NCBI GenBank assembly: GCA_037141195.1
Contig: JBAXCZ010000027.1
Coordinates: 1 to 26,624, forward strand
DNA: 26,624 bases
Reading direction: 5' to 3'
From: Clostridia bacterium
GTDB lineage: Bacteria; Bacillota; TC1; JBAXCZ01
Both the position numbers and the translations under genes were made by a program. Each line of letters begins with the position of its first letter. Positions within the stretch are counted from its first letter, which is position 1. Positions 1 through 8,500 of the stretch are shown in pieces. The notes under the pieces were generated by a model. The model made no database searches. It saw only the letters and a list, made by a program, of their open reading frames with translations, and was not told the DNA's origin.

Positions 1-728
1 ACCCCAGATTTTTTTATTTTTTCGATGGTAGCTGCAAGCTCTCCTGCACTAGGAGCCGAGCCTGGTTCCCGTTCCACAATTGCCACAATATTTAGGTTGA
101 ATTCCTTGGCAAAGTACGGAAAAGCTTCATGCATAGTGACAATATCCCGTTTTGCTAGCTTATCTAACTCCTTGTGCATTTTTGCTTTCAGAGACTCTAG
201 CTTTTCGACATATACAGCTACATTTTTCGTATACTCTTCAGCATGCGGAGGATCTGCTACAGCCAGCTGAGCTCCAATGGTTTTCACTTGGAGGATAGCA
301 TCAGTTATGCTTACCCAGACATGAACATTGTCTGTGCCATCTGTTGTATTCTTAATTAATTTGATGCCTTGAGAAGCCTCAATAATTTTTAGCTCTGGCA
401 TTTGGCTGATTACTTTATCCATGAATGCTTCCATTCCCGCTCCGTTAATTACAAAAACATCTGCATTCTCTAGGGTCTTTAAGTCCTTCGGTGCAAGTTG
501 ATAATCATGCAGACAACCTGTTTGAGGTTCGGTCATATTGATTACCTGCACATTAGGTATATTCTTAGCTACATTTAAGGTAGCTAGATAGATCGGATAA
601 AAAGATGTAACTATAGTATATTGTTCTGATTTCCCATTATTTTTACTCGCAGGTATTTGTCCACAAGCAACTAAAAAACTAACTGAAAGTAAGATAATCA
701 GGATAGTCTTTAGATAAGTTTTTTTCAA
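1..728 (-). CDS. Metal (Zn/Mn) ABC transporter substrate-binding lipoprotein, ZnuA/TroA cluster A-I family. It is partial because the 3' end runs off the window.
   Basis: The reverse-strand ORF starts at TTG 726-728 and is preceded by the SD AAGGGGCG. It translates as LKKTYLKTILIILLSVSFLVAC(lipobox)GQ...FYPIY...CLHDYQLAPKD...HVWVS...MHEAFPYFAKEF...EPGSAPSAGELA. These are the classic motifs of cluster-A metal-binding proteins. It is absent from the ORF track only because it runs off the edge. Confidence 0.8.
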   Translation of the reverse strand, partial: MKKTYLKTILIILLSVSFLVACGQIPASKNNGKSEQYTIVTSFYPIYLATLNVAKNIPNVQVINMTEPQTGCLHDYQLAPKDLKTLENADVFVINGAGMEAFMDKVISQMPELKIIEASQGIKLIKNTTDGTDNVHVWVSITDAILQVKTIGAQLAVADPPHAEEYTKNVAVYVEKLESLKAKMHKELDKLAKRDIVTMHEAFPYFAKEFNLNIVAIVEREPGSAPSAGELAATIEKIKKSG

Positions 729-742
729 TGAAATTCGCCCCT

Positions 743-759
743 TTTCCCCATTAGATGAT
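743..759 (-). promoter_or_regulatory. 17-bp inverted repeat CCATTA-N5-TAATGG in the 5' leader of the metal-transporter gene. It is a candidate operator for a metalloregulator (Fur, Zur or MntR type). A TGTATAAT extended -10 lies at 776-781.
   Basis: The palindrome ccattagatgataatgg sits between a near-perfect -10 (aTGTATAATg on the minus strand) and the SD and start of the transporter gene. It contains TGATAAT, which is one half-site of the Fur-family 7-1-7 consensus. Confidence 0.35.
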
Positions 760-801
760 AATGGTTCGCATTTGCATTATACATTGTGAAGAAGGGAAAA
801 A

Positions 802-858
802 GCAAGTGAGTGTGGAGCTTAGGGTGTAATTGTTACCCTAAGCTCCACACTCACTTGC
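802..858 (-). terminator. Perfect 24-bp-stem hairpin with a T-rich tail on the minus strand. Likely the intrinsic terminator of the flavodoxin-like gene.
   Basis: The stem GCAAGTGAGTGTGGAGCTTAGGGT (802-825) pairs with ACCCTAAGCTCCACACTCACTTGC (835-858) around the loop GTAATTGTT. The minus-strand downstream sequence is CTTTTTCCCTTC. Confidence 0.6.
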
Positions 859-861
859 ACC

Positions 862-888
862 TAATTCACGATTCATAATTCATAATTT
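862..888. repeat. 27-bp direct repeat copy R1, TAATTCACGATTCATAATTCATAATTT. It is built from a heptad-like ATTCAYR array. Its partner is at 2407-2433.
   Basis: 24 of 27 positions match 2407-2433 (TAATTCACAATTCACAGTTCATAATTT). The two copies flank the MarR/FMN-bind/flavodoxin cassette. Confidence 0.55.
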
Positions 889-898
889 TTAAAAAATC

Positions 899-925
899 CT
901 AACCAACTAACCAACTAACCAACTA
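899..925. repeat. Tandem 8-bp repeat (CTAACCAA) x3.4 overlapping the stop codon of the flavodoxin-like gene
   Basis: The sequence reads ctaaccaa ctaaccaa ctaaccaa cta. The TAG stop of the 915-1412 gene is rc(915-917), inside the third unit. Confidence 0.5.
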
Positions 926-1412
926 TTTGTCCATTAAACGCTTCCGCTAAAACCGTGATATTTTCTGGCAGAGGACAAATGCTTGCTTTGCCTTCTTTCG
1001 CTATCGCTTTTTCCATGACCTTGGCAACTGTTTTATGAAAAAAGTTCATCTTGGCAATCCTTAGTTCTGCACCAAGACAGGTTTTTACCAAGGCATGCTC
1101 TATTAAGGCTGCAGGAAAAGCGTTTTGCATATTCAATTGGAAATTTTCTGGCATTCCACAAGCAATGAATAGTCCGATTCTTTTTTGAAGCAATAGCTCT
1201 AGCTTAGCTTCACAGTAAGCTTTTAATTTTTTATCTACCTGCCCAACATAGATAGAACCGCCGATGATTAGGTTATCTGCCTCGGATATTAGCGGTATTT
1301 CCGAAGTAGCAATATTTACACAAAGAATCTCTCCCTGTAGCTGAGCTGCCAGTTCTTTCACACAATCCTCTGCATAACCATATTTACTAGCATAGATAAT
1401 TATTGTTTTCAT
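915..1412 (-). CDS. Flavodoxin-like domain protein (HemG/Flavodoxin_5-like), 165 aa
   Basis: ATG start with the SD GGGGAA. The N-terminal MKTIIIYASKYGYAE is typical of short-chain flavodoxin-like proteins. Confidence 0.7.
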   Translation of the reverse strand: MKTIIIYASKYGYAEDCVKELAAQLQGEILCVNIATSEIPLISEADNLIIGGSIYVGQVDKKLKAYCEAKLELLLQKRIGLFIACGMPENFQLNMQNAFPAALIEHALVKTCLGAELRIAKMNFFHKTVAKVMEKAIAKEGKASICPLPENITVLAEAFNGQIVG

Positions 1413-1443
1413 TAAAATTCCCCATTCCTAGATAATTTATATT

Positions 1444-1830
1444 TTACTTTTTGAGAGCTTGCTCGATTGCTTTCAAGTAGGCTTTGCTAGTAACAGTTGC
1501 TCCGCTTACTGCGTCAATAGTAAGATCCTGCTTTGCTAGCACCTTAGCAATTAATTTGCTGGTTATCTCTGGTTTTTCAATAAGCACACTCTCTAAAATA
1601 TTAATATCAGTGATCTTTCCAGCCTCAATGGTTACTACAACTCTATTTGACCAGCGTCCACCGCTGTAGCTACCTTCATAAATTCCGTCCGGTTGCTCAC
1701 TTATGCTAATGGGGTAAATTCCCAACTTTTCACCTGCCTCTAAACCGTTGGTAAGATAAATTCCAGCAAAAAAAATGATACTAATCAACACAATAATCAT
1801 ACCTAAAACAATTTTCCGAACTAGTTTCAC
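1444..1830 (-). CDS. Membrane-anchored FMN-binding domain protein (FMN_bind, PF04205) carrying a predicted flavinylation motif, 128 aa
   Basis: GTG start with the SD AAAGGAAG, which lies inside the end of the MarR gene. There is an N-terminal transmembrane helix followed by DAVSGATVTSKAYLKAIEQAL. This matches the D-x-x-[ST]-G-A-T motif that ApbE-type flavin transferases use for covalent FMN attachment. Confidence 0.8.
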   Translation of the reverse strand: MKLVRKIVLGMIIVLISIIFFAGIYLTNGLEAGEKLGIYPISISEQPDGIYEGSYSGGRWSNRVVVTIEAGKITDINILESVLIEKPEITSKLIAKVLAKQDLTIDAVSGATVTSKAYLKAIEQALKK

Positions 1831-2313
1831 TTAATTTACTTCCTTTCCTGATACATTTTCAGCTTCCATTATTTCTAGATTTAACAATAATTTGCTTAAT
1901 AAGCTCCTAGTTTTTGTTAGTTCTTCCTCCTTGGTATTTTGGAAAAGAGCTTGGGAAAACGCAAGTGCTGATCCTTGTGTTTGCTCCCAAAAAACTTGGC
2001 TTGCTTTTGTGAGTCTAAGTCTAGTTACTCTGGCATCCTTGCTATCTTTTTCTAATACCAAGAGCTTCTTTTCCGCTAGTTTTAAGGCAAGCTGTTTAAT
2101 ATTTTGATGTGAGCTACCCATTTCCTTAGCAACCTCTTTGATGGTAGGTGGCTTATTAAAACGGTTCTCAATGACAATTGAGAGCATCCACTGCTTGGCA
2201 GTAATATCATAATGACTTAACTCCCGTTCTAACAAGGTATCCATTCTATTAGCCACTACTAAAAGTGCACCAAAAATGAATTGCCAGTCATCCATGGTAT
2301 CCAATTTGTCCAA
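1831..2313 (-). CDS. MarR-family transcriptional regulator, 160 aa
   Basis: TTG start with a strong SD (GGAGGA, 7 nt spacing). The winged helix is DITAKQWMLSIV...PTIKEVAKEMGSSHQNIKQLALKLAEKKLLV...DARVTRLRLT. The stop is adjacent to the start of the next gene. Confidence 0.85.
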   Translation of the reverse strand: MDKLDTMDDWQFIFGALLVVANRMDTLLERELSHYDITAKQWMLSIVIENRFNKPPTIKEVAKEMGSSHQNIKQLALKLAEKKLLVLEKDSKDARVTRLRLTKASQVFWEQTQGSALAFSQALFQNTKEEELTKTRSLLSKLLLNLEIMEAENVSGKEVN

Positions 2314-2335
2314 AATTTATTCCTCCAATTCGCAA

Positions 2336-2379
2336 ATAAAGGTAATGTATTATCTTTATAGATAATACATTACCTTTAT
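2336..2379. promoter_or_regulatory. Perfect 20-4-20 palindrome immediately upstream of the MarR SD. It is a candidate MarR autoregulatory operator.
   Basis: ATAAAGGTAATGTATTATCT ttat AGATAATACATTACCTTTAT. It ends 23 nt from the MarR start codon. Confidence 0.55.
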
Positions 2380-2406
2380 TGTATAGTCAATGGTGTTTTT
2401 AAATTA

Positions 2407-2433
2407 TAATTCACAATTCACAGTTCATAATTT
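2407..2433. repeat. 27-bp direct repeat copy R2. Its partner is 862-888.
   Basis: TAATTCACAATTCACAGTTCATAATTT. It consists of three tandem heptads (AATTCAC / AATTCAC / AGTTCAT). Direct-repeat heptads are typical of response-regulator binding sites. Confidence 0.55.
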
Positions 2434-2472
2434 GCAGGGAATAGTTCACAAACATTCCGAACAATTAAAGAA

Positions 2473-2493
2473 CGGGCGGGGTTTGCCCGCCCG
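2473..2493 (-). terminator. GC-rich hairpin (CGGGCGGG-gtttg-CCCGCCCG) with a T-rich minus-strand tail. Candidate terminator of the diguanylate cyclase gene. A second 20-bp palindrome sits at 2510-2529.
   Basis: An 8-bp GC stem with a 5-nt loop. The minus strand continues TTCTTTAATTGTT. A neighbouring perfect palindrome reads GGTCGATTCATGAATCGACC. Confidence 0.4.
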
Positions 2494-2667
2494 AAGAACT
2501 TAAGCTCTCGGTCGATTCATGAATCGACCCTACAATTTCTAACACACCATCTGTTTCCAATTTCTTCTTAGCGCGATGCACAAAGTGCAGAGCACTCAGC
2601 AGCGGCTATGCCGCGCTCAGCAGTGGAAATGTCACGCTCAGCTACTCTTTTCCTCAGCCAACTGTTT

Positions 2668-5271
2668 TCAATCCCTACTCCTCTTACTCTCTTCCTTCTT
2701 ATTCTGATACATAAAGTCTTCTGCTTGTTTAAAAATATCATTCATGCTTTCACTTTCACGATTTTTTGTGGCATAACCAAAGGCTATGGAAATATCACTT
2801 GCACATACTGATTCTTGAGCTGAGAGCTCTCTAATTCGCTGAATAATCTTCTCCGCTTCAGCTGCACTAGTATTTGGTAAGAGGATAACAAATTCATCAC
2901 CACCAAGTCTGGCGATAATTTCATCAGCACGACATCCTTCATTCAGGATTTTTGCAGCTTTTTGAAGAAGTTCATCACCAGCTCCATGACCAAAATTGTC
3001 ATTAATCAGCTTCAAGCCGTTAACATCCCCCATAATTAAGGTTAAAGGTAGATTACGCTCAGTATCTAGCCTAGCTAGTTCGGCTTCGTAAAACCTCCGA
3101 TTATAAAGCCCTGTTAGCTGGTCATGATAGCTAAGGTAGAGAATTTCTGCTTCTTTGCTTTTTTGAACCGAAACATCCCAGAAAATTAAAACTGCACCGT
3201 TAATGCTCCCGTTGCCTTGTAGAATTGGCATTGCACTCGCTTCAATCAAACACTCGTTTTTATTCTTATCAACTAAAATAATGTCAATTAATCTGTTAGC
3301 TTCTCCCAACGTAAGTGCTTTAGTAACAATACCTTCACACTTTTCTCTTGTTAACTCACTTAGAATATTAAAGACCTCTGCAATTGCTTGTCCTTTTGCT
3401 TCAAATTGTAAAAATCCTGTGAGTTGTTCTGCAATTCTATTGATAAAGGTTATCTTACCATATTCATCAGTAGTTATTACTCCTTCTCCTACTGTCAACA
3501 GGGTGGTTTCTAAAAGATTTTTCTCGTTTGCTAAAGCTATCTCTAAACTTTTGCGTTCGGTAATATCTTCAATCATGCATAAATAGCGAAATCTACTATC
3601 TTCTGAAAACTTCACCTTTTCTACAATCATCTTGACCCAAATCACTTGTCCAGCTTTGCTCAAATACCTTTTATCAAGTTGAAAGCCGTGTATCTCTCCT
3701 GAACTCAGCTGTTCCATGAGCTTAAGCTCTCTTGGTATATCATCAGGATGAGTATAATCTACCCAACTAATGGTTGCTAACTCTTCACTTGTTCTTCCTA
3801 CAATATTTATAAAGCTCTTATTATATCCATAGGTGATTCCAGTATCCATAATAGTAAGTGCAATCCCAAAAGGCGCTTGCTCAAAGATAGTTCTAAAGCG
3901 TTCTTCACTTTCCCGTAGTGCATCCTCATTATGTTTCTCTTCTGTTATATCCTCTAACATGCAAATATGTTGCGGATTTTCCTTTCCTATTGCTTCAAAT
4001 GTTGTAATCCGCCTATTTACCCAAACTATCGAACCATTTGGCTTTAGCATGCGTTTCTGCATGCTATATTCACCACTCTTATTGCCATTGTTAACAAGCA
4101 ATTCCACATTTTCTAAATCTTTCTGCACATCTGCTGGATGTGTTATGCTCATCCAATCTATTTGCTTTAATTCCTCTATGCTCCGTCCTAATATTTCTGC
4201 ATATTTTGGATTGATATCAAGATATGCTCCCGTTACCGAATCACTTAAAGTTATGCCAAAAGGGGCATTGGAAAAAATCGTCTTGAATTTAATTTCACTT
4301 TGCTCAAGCGCTAAGGCACTAGTTGCTATCTCACTTTGTTGTATTAGTAGTTTCTTATTTGCATCACTAAGGTCTGCTGTTCTTTGTTTTACCATTTTAT
4401 TAAGTTGCCTAATTATTAACAGCACAATCAAAATTATAATTATAGCTCCAAGTAAAACCGCGCCTGCTACCATAATAATAGCTTTATTCAATTGTGCTTG
4501 ATTGGTAAAATCTTCACCAAACCACTTATGATAAATAGTTTCATATACTCCATTATCTTTAATCCTAATTAAGCCTGCATTTAGGAGTTTATATACAGTT
4601 TGATTTTCTTTCAGGGTAACTATGGCATATTTTTCCTCATTGAGAGGACTTCCTACAATTTTAATTTTTTCTAGAGCACCTAAATGCTCCGCAAGGTATA
4701 TCCCAACCCATCTTTGCCCAGCAAATGCTACTGCCTTTTTATCTAGTAAAGCAGAAAAAGCTTCTTCTTGGTCTACAATTGGTAAAGAGATGGTTTCAGG
4801 ATATTTTTTTAAACTTTCTTCTGCAATATCTCCCTTTTGATAGCTGACAATGTGACCTTTTAAGTCATCTGGTCCGTTAATACCTTGTGTATCCTTTAAG
4901 ATAAAAATATTTTGCTGATTTACCACTGTTGCTTCTGTAAAAGCATATTTTTTTGCTCTTGCTTCACTAAATGTCATCCCTTGAAGAGCATCAACCTCTT
5001 GATTATCTAAGGCCTCTATAGCCTCACTCCAATGCATAGGCAGAAATTTTATCTCTATCTTCATTTCTTTAGCTATTGCTCGCATAATATCCACATTAAA
5101 CCCTTGATAAGTGCCATCTTCTGATACAAATTCAAAGGGGGGATAGTTTTCATTTCCTGCTAGTTTGATGATTGTAGGTTCTGTTAGAGCCTGAACTGGT
5201 AAGATATTTATGTTAAGGCATAGTGCTACTAAAAATAGTATTATGCAAAATTTACTTTTTTCAGCTTTCAT
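2668..5271 (-). CDS. Sensor diguanylate cyclase, 867 aa. Domain order: signal peptide, two periplasmic solute-binding (SBP_bac_3-like) domains, a transmembrane helix, PAS domains, and a GGDEF domain.
   Basis: ATG with the SD GAGGTG. There is a signal peptide, the periplasmic motif NYPPFEF, and a transmembrane segment AIIMVAGAVLLGAIIIILIVLLII. Three PAS-like segments follow. The GGDEF domain ends in RLGGDEFVILLP. Confidence 0.9.
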   Translation of the reverse strand: MKAEKSKFCIILFLVALCLNINILPVQALTEPTIIKLAGNENYPPFEFVSEDGTYQGFNVDIMRAIAKEMKIEIKFLPMHWSEAIEALDNQEVDALQGMTFSEARAKKYAFTEATVVNQQNIFILKDTQGINGPDDLKGHIVSYQKGDIAEESLKKYPETISLPIVDQEEAFSALLDKKAVAFAGQRWVGIYLAEHLGALEKIKIVGSPLNEEKYAIVTLKENQTVYKLLNAGLIRIKDNGVYETIYHKWFGEDFTNQAQLNKAIIMVAGAVLLGAIIIILIVLLIIRQLNKMVKQRTADLSDANKKLLIQQSEIATSALALEQSEIKFKTIFSNAPFGITLSDSVTGAYLDINPKYAEILGRSIEELKQIDWMSITHPADVQKDLENVELLVNNGNKSGEYSMQKRMLKPNGSIVWVNRRITTFEAIGKENPQHICMLEDITEEKHNEDALRESEERFRTIFEQAPFGIALTIMDTGITYGYNKSFINIVGRTSEELATISWVDYTHPDDIPRELKLMEQLSSGEIHGFQLDKRYLSKAGQVIWVKMIVEKVKFSEDSRFRYLCMIEDITERKSLEIALANEKNLLETTLLTVGEGVITTDEYGKITFINRIAEQLTGFLQFEAKGQAIAEVFNILSELTREKCEGIVTKALTLGEANRLIDIILVDKNKNECLIEASAMPILQGNGSINGAVLIFWDVSVQKSKEAEILYLSYHDQLTGLYNRRFYEAELARLDTERNLPLTLIMGDVNGLKLINDNFGHGAGDELLQKAAKILNEGCRADEIIARLGGDEFVILLPNTSAAEAEKIIQRIRELSAQESVCASDISIAFGYATKNRESESMNDIFKQAEDFMYQNKKEESKRSRD

Positions 5272-5464
5272 CTATACACCTCATTTCATACTATTCCTAA
5301 CATAATTCTCCACAGATTGATATATTCCTGCTTTTAAGGATGAAATAGTATCAATTTACTTTTGCACAATTATTCTAATTTTTTTTGATAATTGACTTGC
5401 CAATATTTTAACACAGAACTTATCTAAAATTTAATTAAATTACCCTGAATTAAATCTCTTTATG

Positions 5465-5505
5465 CAAAAAAAGTTGCTGAAGAGATACTTGTTCTTCAGC
5501 AACTT
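5465..5505 (-). terminator. Rho-independent terminator of the SLH surface-protein gene
   Basis: A 12-bp stem AAGTTGCTGAAG / CTTCAGCAACTT with an 11-nt loop. On the minus strand it is followed by TTTTTTTGCAT. Confidence 0.7.
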
Positions 5506-5586
5506 AGCTAAAAATATTTTGATATAATGCAAATCCACTACTTTTAGCATAAAATCATCTTTTCAATTACAATAAGTATCATATAT

Positions 5587-8500
5587 CTAAATTAAATTAG
5601 CTTTTATTAATAATCTTTGGATTAATACTGTTGCCTCTGCTCTAGTAATGGTTGCTTTTGGTGCTAGTCGAGAAGTGCTCCTACCATAGATGATACCTTG
5701 CTGTATGGCTTTTGCTATATCTTGCCTTGCCCATGCGCTTATCTGCTGAGAATCTTGGAACTTTGCTAAGAGTTCTGCTGCTTCGCTAGTTTGAATCTGA
5801 ACTCTCAAACCAGATAGTTGCATAGCTTTTGCTAATAAGCTGATAGCTTCCTCTCTAGTGATTTTTTTCTGAGGTGCAAATTCATTTTCACCATATCCAC
5901 TAATTAAATTATATGCTGTTGCTGTAGCGATTGCTCCACTATACCAAGCACTTTCTTGTACATCTGCGAAGCTGTTAGTCCCTTGGCTTGTCTTTATTCC
6001 CAAGCCTCTCATCAAGATGGCAGTAAATTCCGCCCTAGTAATTGCTCTGTTAGGCGCAAATTCCTCTTTGCGAATACCTTTAACTACCATCCGTGAACCC
6101 ATGTCATTGATAGCATGCTTTGCCCAATGCTGTGATACATCCTTAAACTCGATTGGATGCCCAACTAATGCATAGATGCTATTGGTTAGACTGTTGATTA
6201 TTGCAAAATTCCCCCAACCTTGGATGACTATTTTTGTAGGTATGTGTCTTACTGTTCCATCCTGCTCTACTAGGATACTTGTAGTAATCTTGGCTGGATC
6301 TATACCTGCGGATAGAGCTATTGTGCGTTCTACATGGCTAGAAAATTCATTGATCAATATTGTTTTATCACCATAGCTACAGCTCACAGAAAATCCTACA
6401 GCAGGCACAAATATTTTAAATGTCCCAAGTCTTGCTGCATTTTCCAAAACTTGCGCTTGCTCTAATGTTGCTTTACTGATTTCAATGGATACTTTAATAT
6501 CTTTTAAGTCAAGGTTTTTTCCTAACTCTGCTGAGATAGCAGATATCTTAATTTGGGATGCTGGCAGTATATAGCTTGCCTCAGGGGTTTGCATTTCTAC
6601 TATTGCCTGTTTGTCTTCAAGGTTTTTAATCAGTTGCCCATTCAACTGGCTTACAACTCGAGTAGAACTTGTGTTAAAGGGAATTTTAACTACTGCTCCC
6701 TCTCCTGCAATTCTTAGTCTTGTTGTTATTTTCTCTTCATCAAGGATGATAGTGGTAGTGCTTTGTCCACCAATATTATCCTCAACCGTTACACCTCCAC
6801 TAAATTCTAATCCATTAACAAGAATGTCAGTATTGGTATAGGTATAATTATAAGTAGCTATTTTTCCTGCTGCTATCTCTAATTCTACCGCGTCACCTGC
6901 ATTATAATTTATTTTAGCTTGATATCTCACAAGGTATGTTCCTGCTGCTAATCCGTTAATTTCTGCTGCCTTTGCTACTTTGTATAGACTTTCAGTTGCA
7001 AGCTTGTATTCCATCTCTGCGGTTGTCCCTGTAATCTTGCCGTCACTTAAACCATAGGAGGTTGTTTTTATACTTTCTAAGCCTATCGGAGCAATCTGCT
7101 CTGCATTATGCACGGTAATACTTACTTCAGCTACTATTGTTGCCATATTATTGTAGCTAATTGTAATGGCTTCAGTATGAGTTCCAGCTGTTAAATTTAC
7201 TTGTGGCTGAATTGTCCAGGTGTTGATACTATCACCGTAGGCTACTTCCATTCCACTACCCCTAAGAATGAAGCTGTCGCCGCTTACCGTTATATTAGTA
7301 ATATTTGCATTAGTATTGCCACTGTTGGTAATTAAGATAGCTTGTAAGCTCGCTTGCTGAGCACCGTAAGTGATAGCTGCAAAACTCGGGGCAGTTATAC
7401 TGAGCGTATAAGTATTGGCAAGCCCAGACGCAATTGTTATTTCAGCATCTTCACCTGCTTTATAACCTGCTTTAGCTTGAAATCTTACCTGATATGTTCC
7501 TGCTGCTAAGTTGTTTAGTACGCTGCCACTTATTGCAGCATAGGTAGCATTACTCAATAATTTATATTCCATTGCACTAGATACACCAATAATTTTGCCA
7601 TCATTTCTACTAGCAACCGTTTCATCTATCTTACTTAAGCTAGGCGCTGTCTGCTCTAGTGCTATTACTTTTTCCGTCGCAGAGCTTGTAACTATCCCAC
7701 TATAGCTAGCTGTTCCCGATGCGATAACCGTGATTGGTTTACCTACGTCTGCGATTTGCACTGTATAGCTCGCCGAGTTTGTTCCTATATTCTCAGTTCC
7801 TGCTTGCCACTTGTAGCTTACTGTAGCTGCCGCTGGGGTCAGTGTGCCTGCAGTAAGTTTTCCTCCCACAATAGCAACTCCTGAAATTGCTCCAATTTCC
7901 GTAAGAGCAATTGTCCATGCATCTCCACTACGGGAGTATGTATTGGCTTTAGCTGCTCCATAGATTGTTATGAAGTTTGGTGTCGCCGTAGCACTGACAA
8001 AAGCACCTGTTCCAATTGTAGTTGCATTATTCTCCATGGTTACGCGAGCTAAACTGGTACAACCTAAAAAGGCACGCCTGATAATCGTGGAAATATTTAT
8101 TGGTATGGTAATATCTGTTAAACTTGTGCAATTTAAAAATATTCTATCTTCTAATGTTGTTAGACTAGTGCTTAAGACCACACTAACTAAGCTATTACAT
8201 CCATCGAAAGCTTGGATACCAATACTAGTGATACTGTTTGGCAGAGTAATACTAGTAATACTTGTACAAAATTGAAAAGCTCCAGCATCAATAATTTTTA
8301 CTGGAACTCCAGCTAAGGTTGCCGGTATGACTACGTCAGTTGCATTGCCATAGTATTTAATAATCATCGCACTACTTAAATTGCTAGAATAGTAATATGG
8401 AAAAGGATCTATTGTTATGTATGCGATTGCACCTGCATTATAGCCCTCTTTTGCCTGATACCTAACTTGGTAGCTTCCTGCTGCTAAACCACTAATAGTT

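Noticed and set aside
2473-2530. Possible c-di-GMP-I (GEMM) riboswitch next to the diguanylate cyclase gene, because the minus strand contains GGGCAAACC
   Set aside because: The GGCAAACC lies inside a simple GC hairpin loop. The second conserved GEMM block (GGACGCAAAGCC) and the P1 pairing are absent. The element also lies 3' of the cyclase gene rather than in a 5' leader.
3833-4501. A 222-aa plus-strand ORF, plus other plus-strand ORFs (for example 25-270, 3203-3586, 6176-6376, 14532-14933, 22246-22560, 23084-23479)
   Set aside because: All lie antisense inside strongly supported minus-strand genes. They have Ser/Leu/Cys-rich low-complexity translations typical of antisense frames in AT-rich DNA. 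None has an SD.
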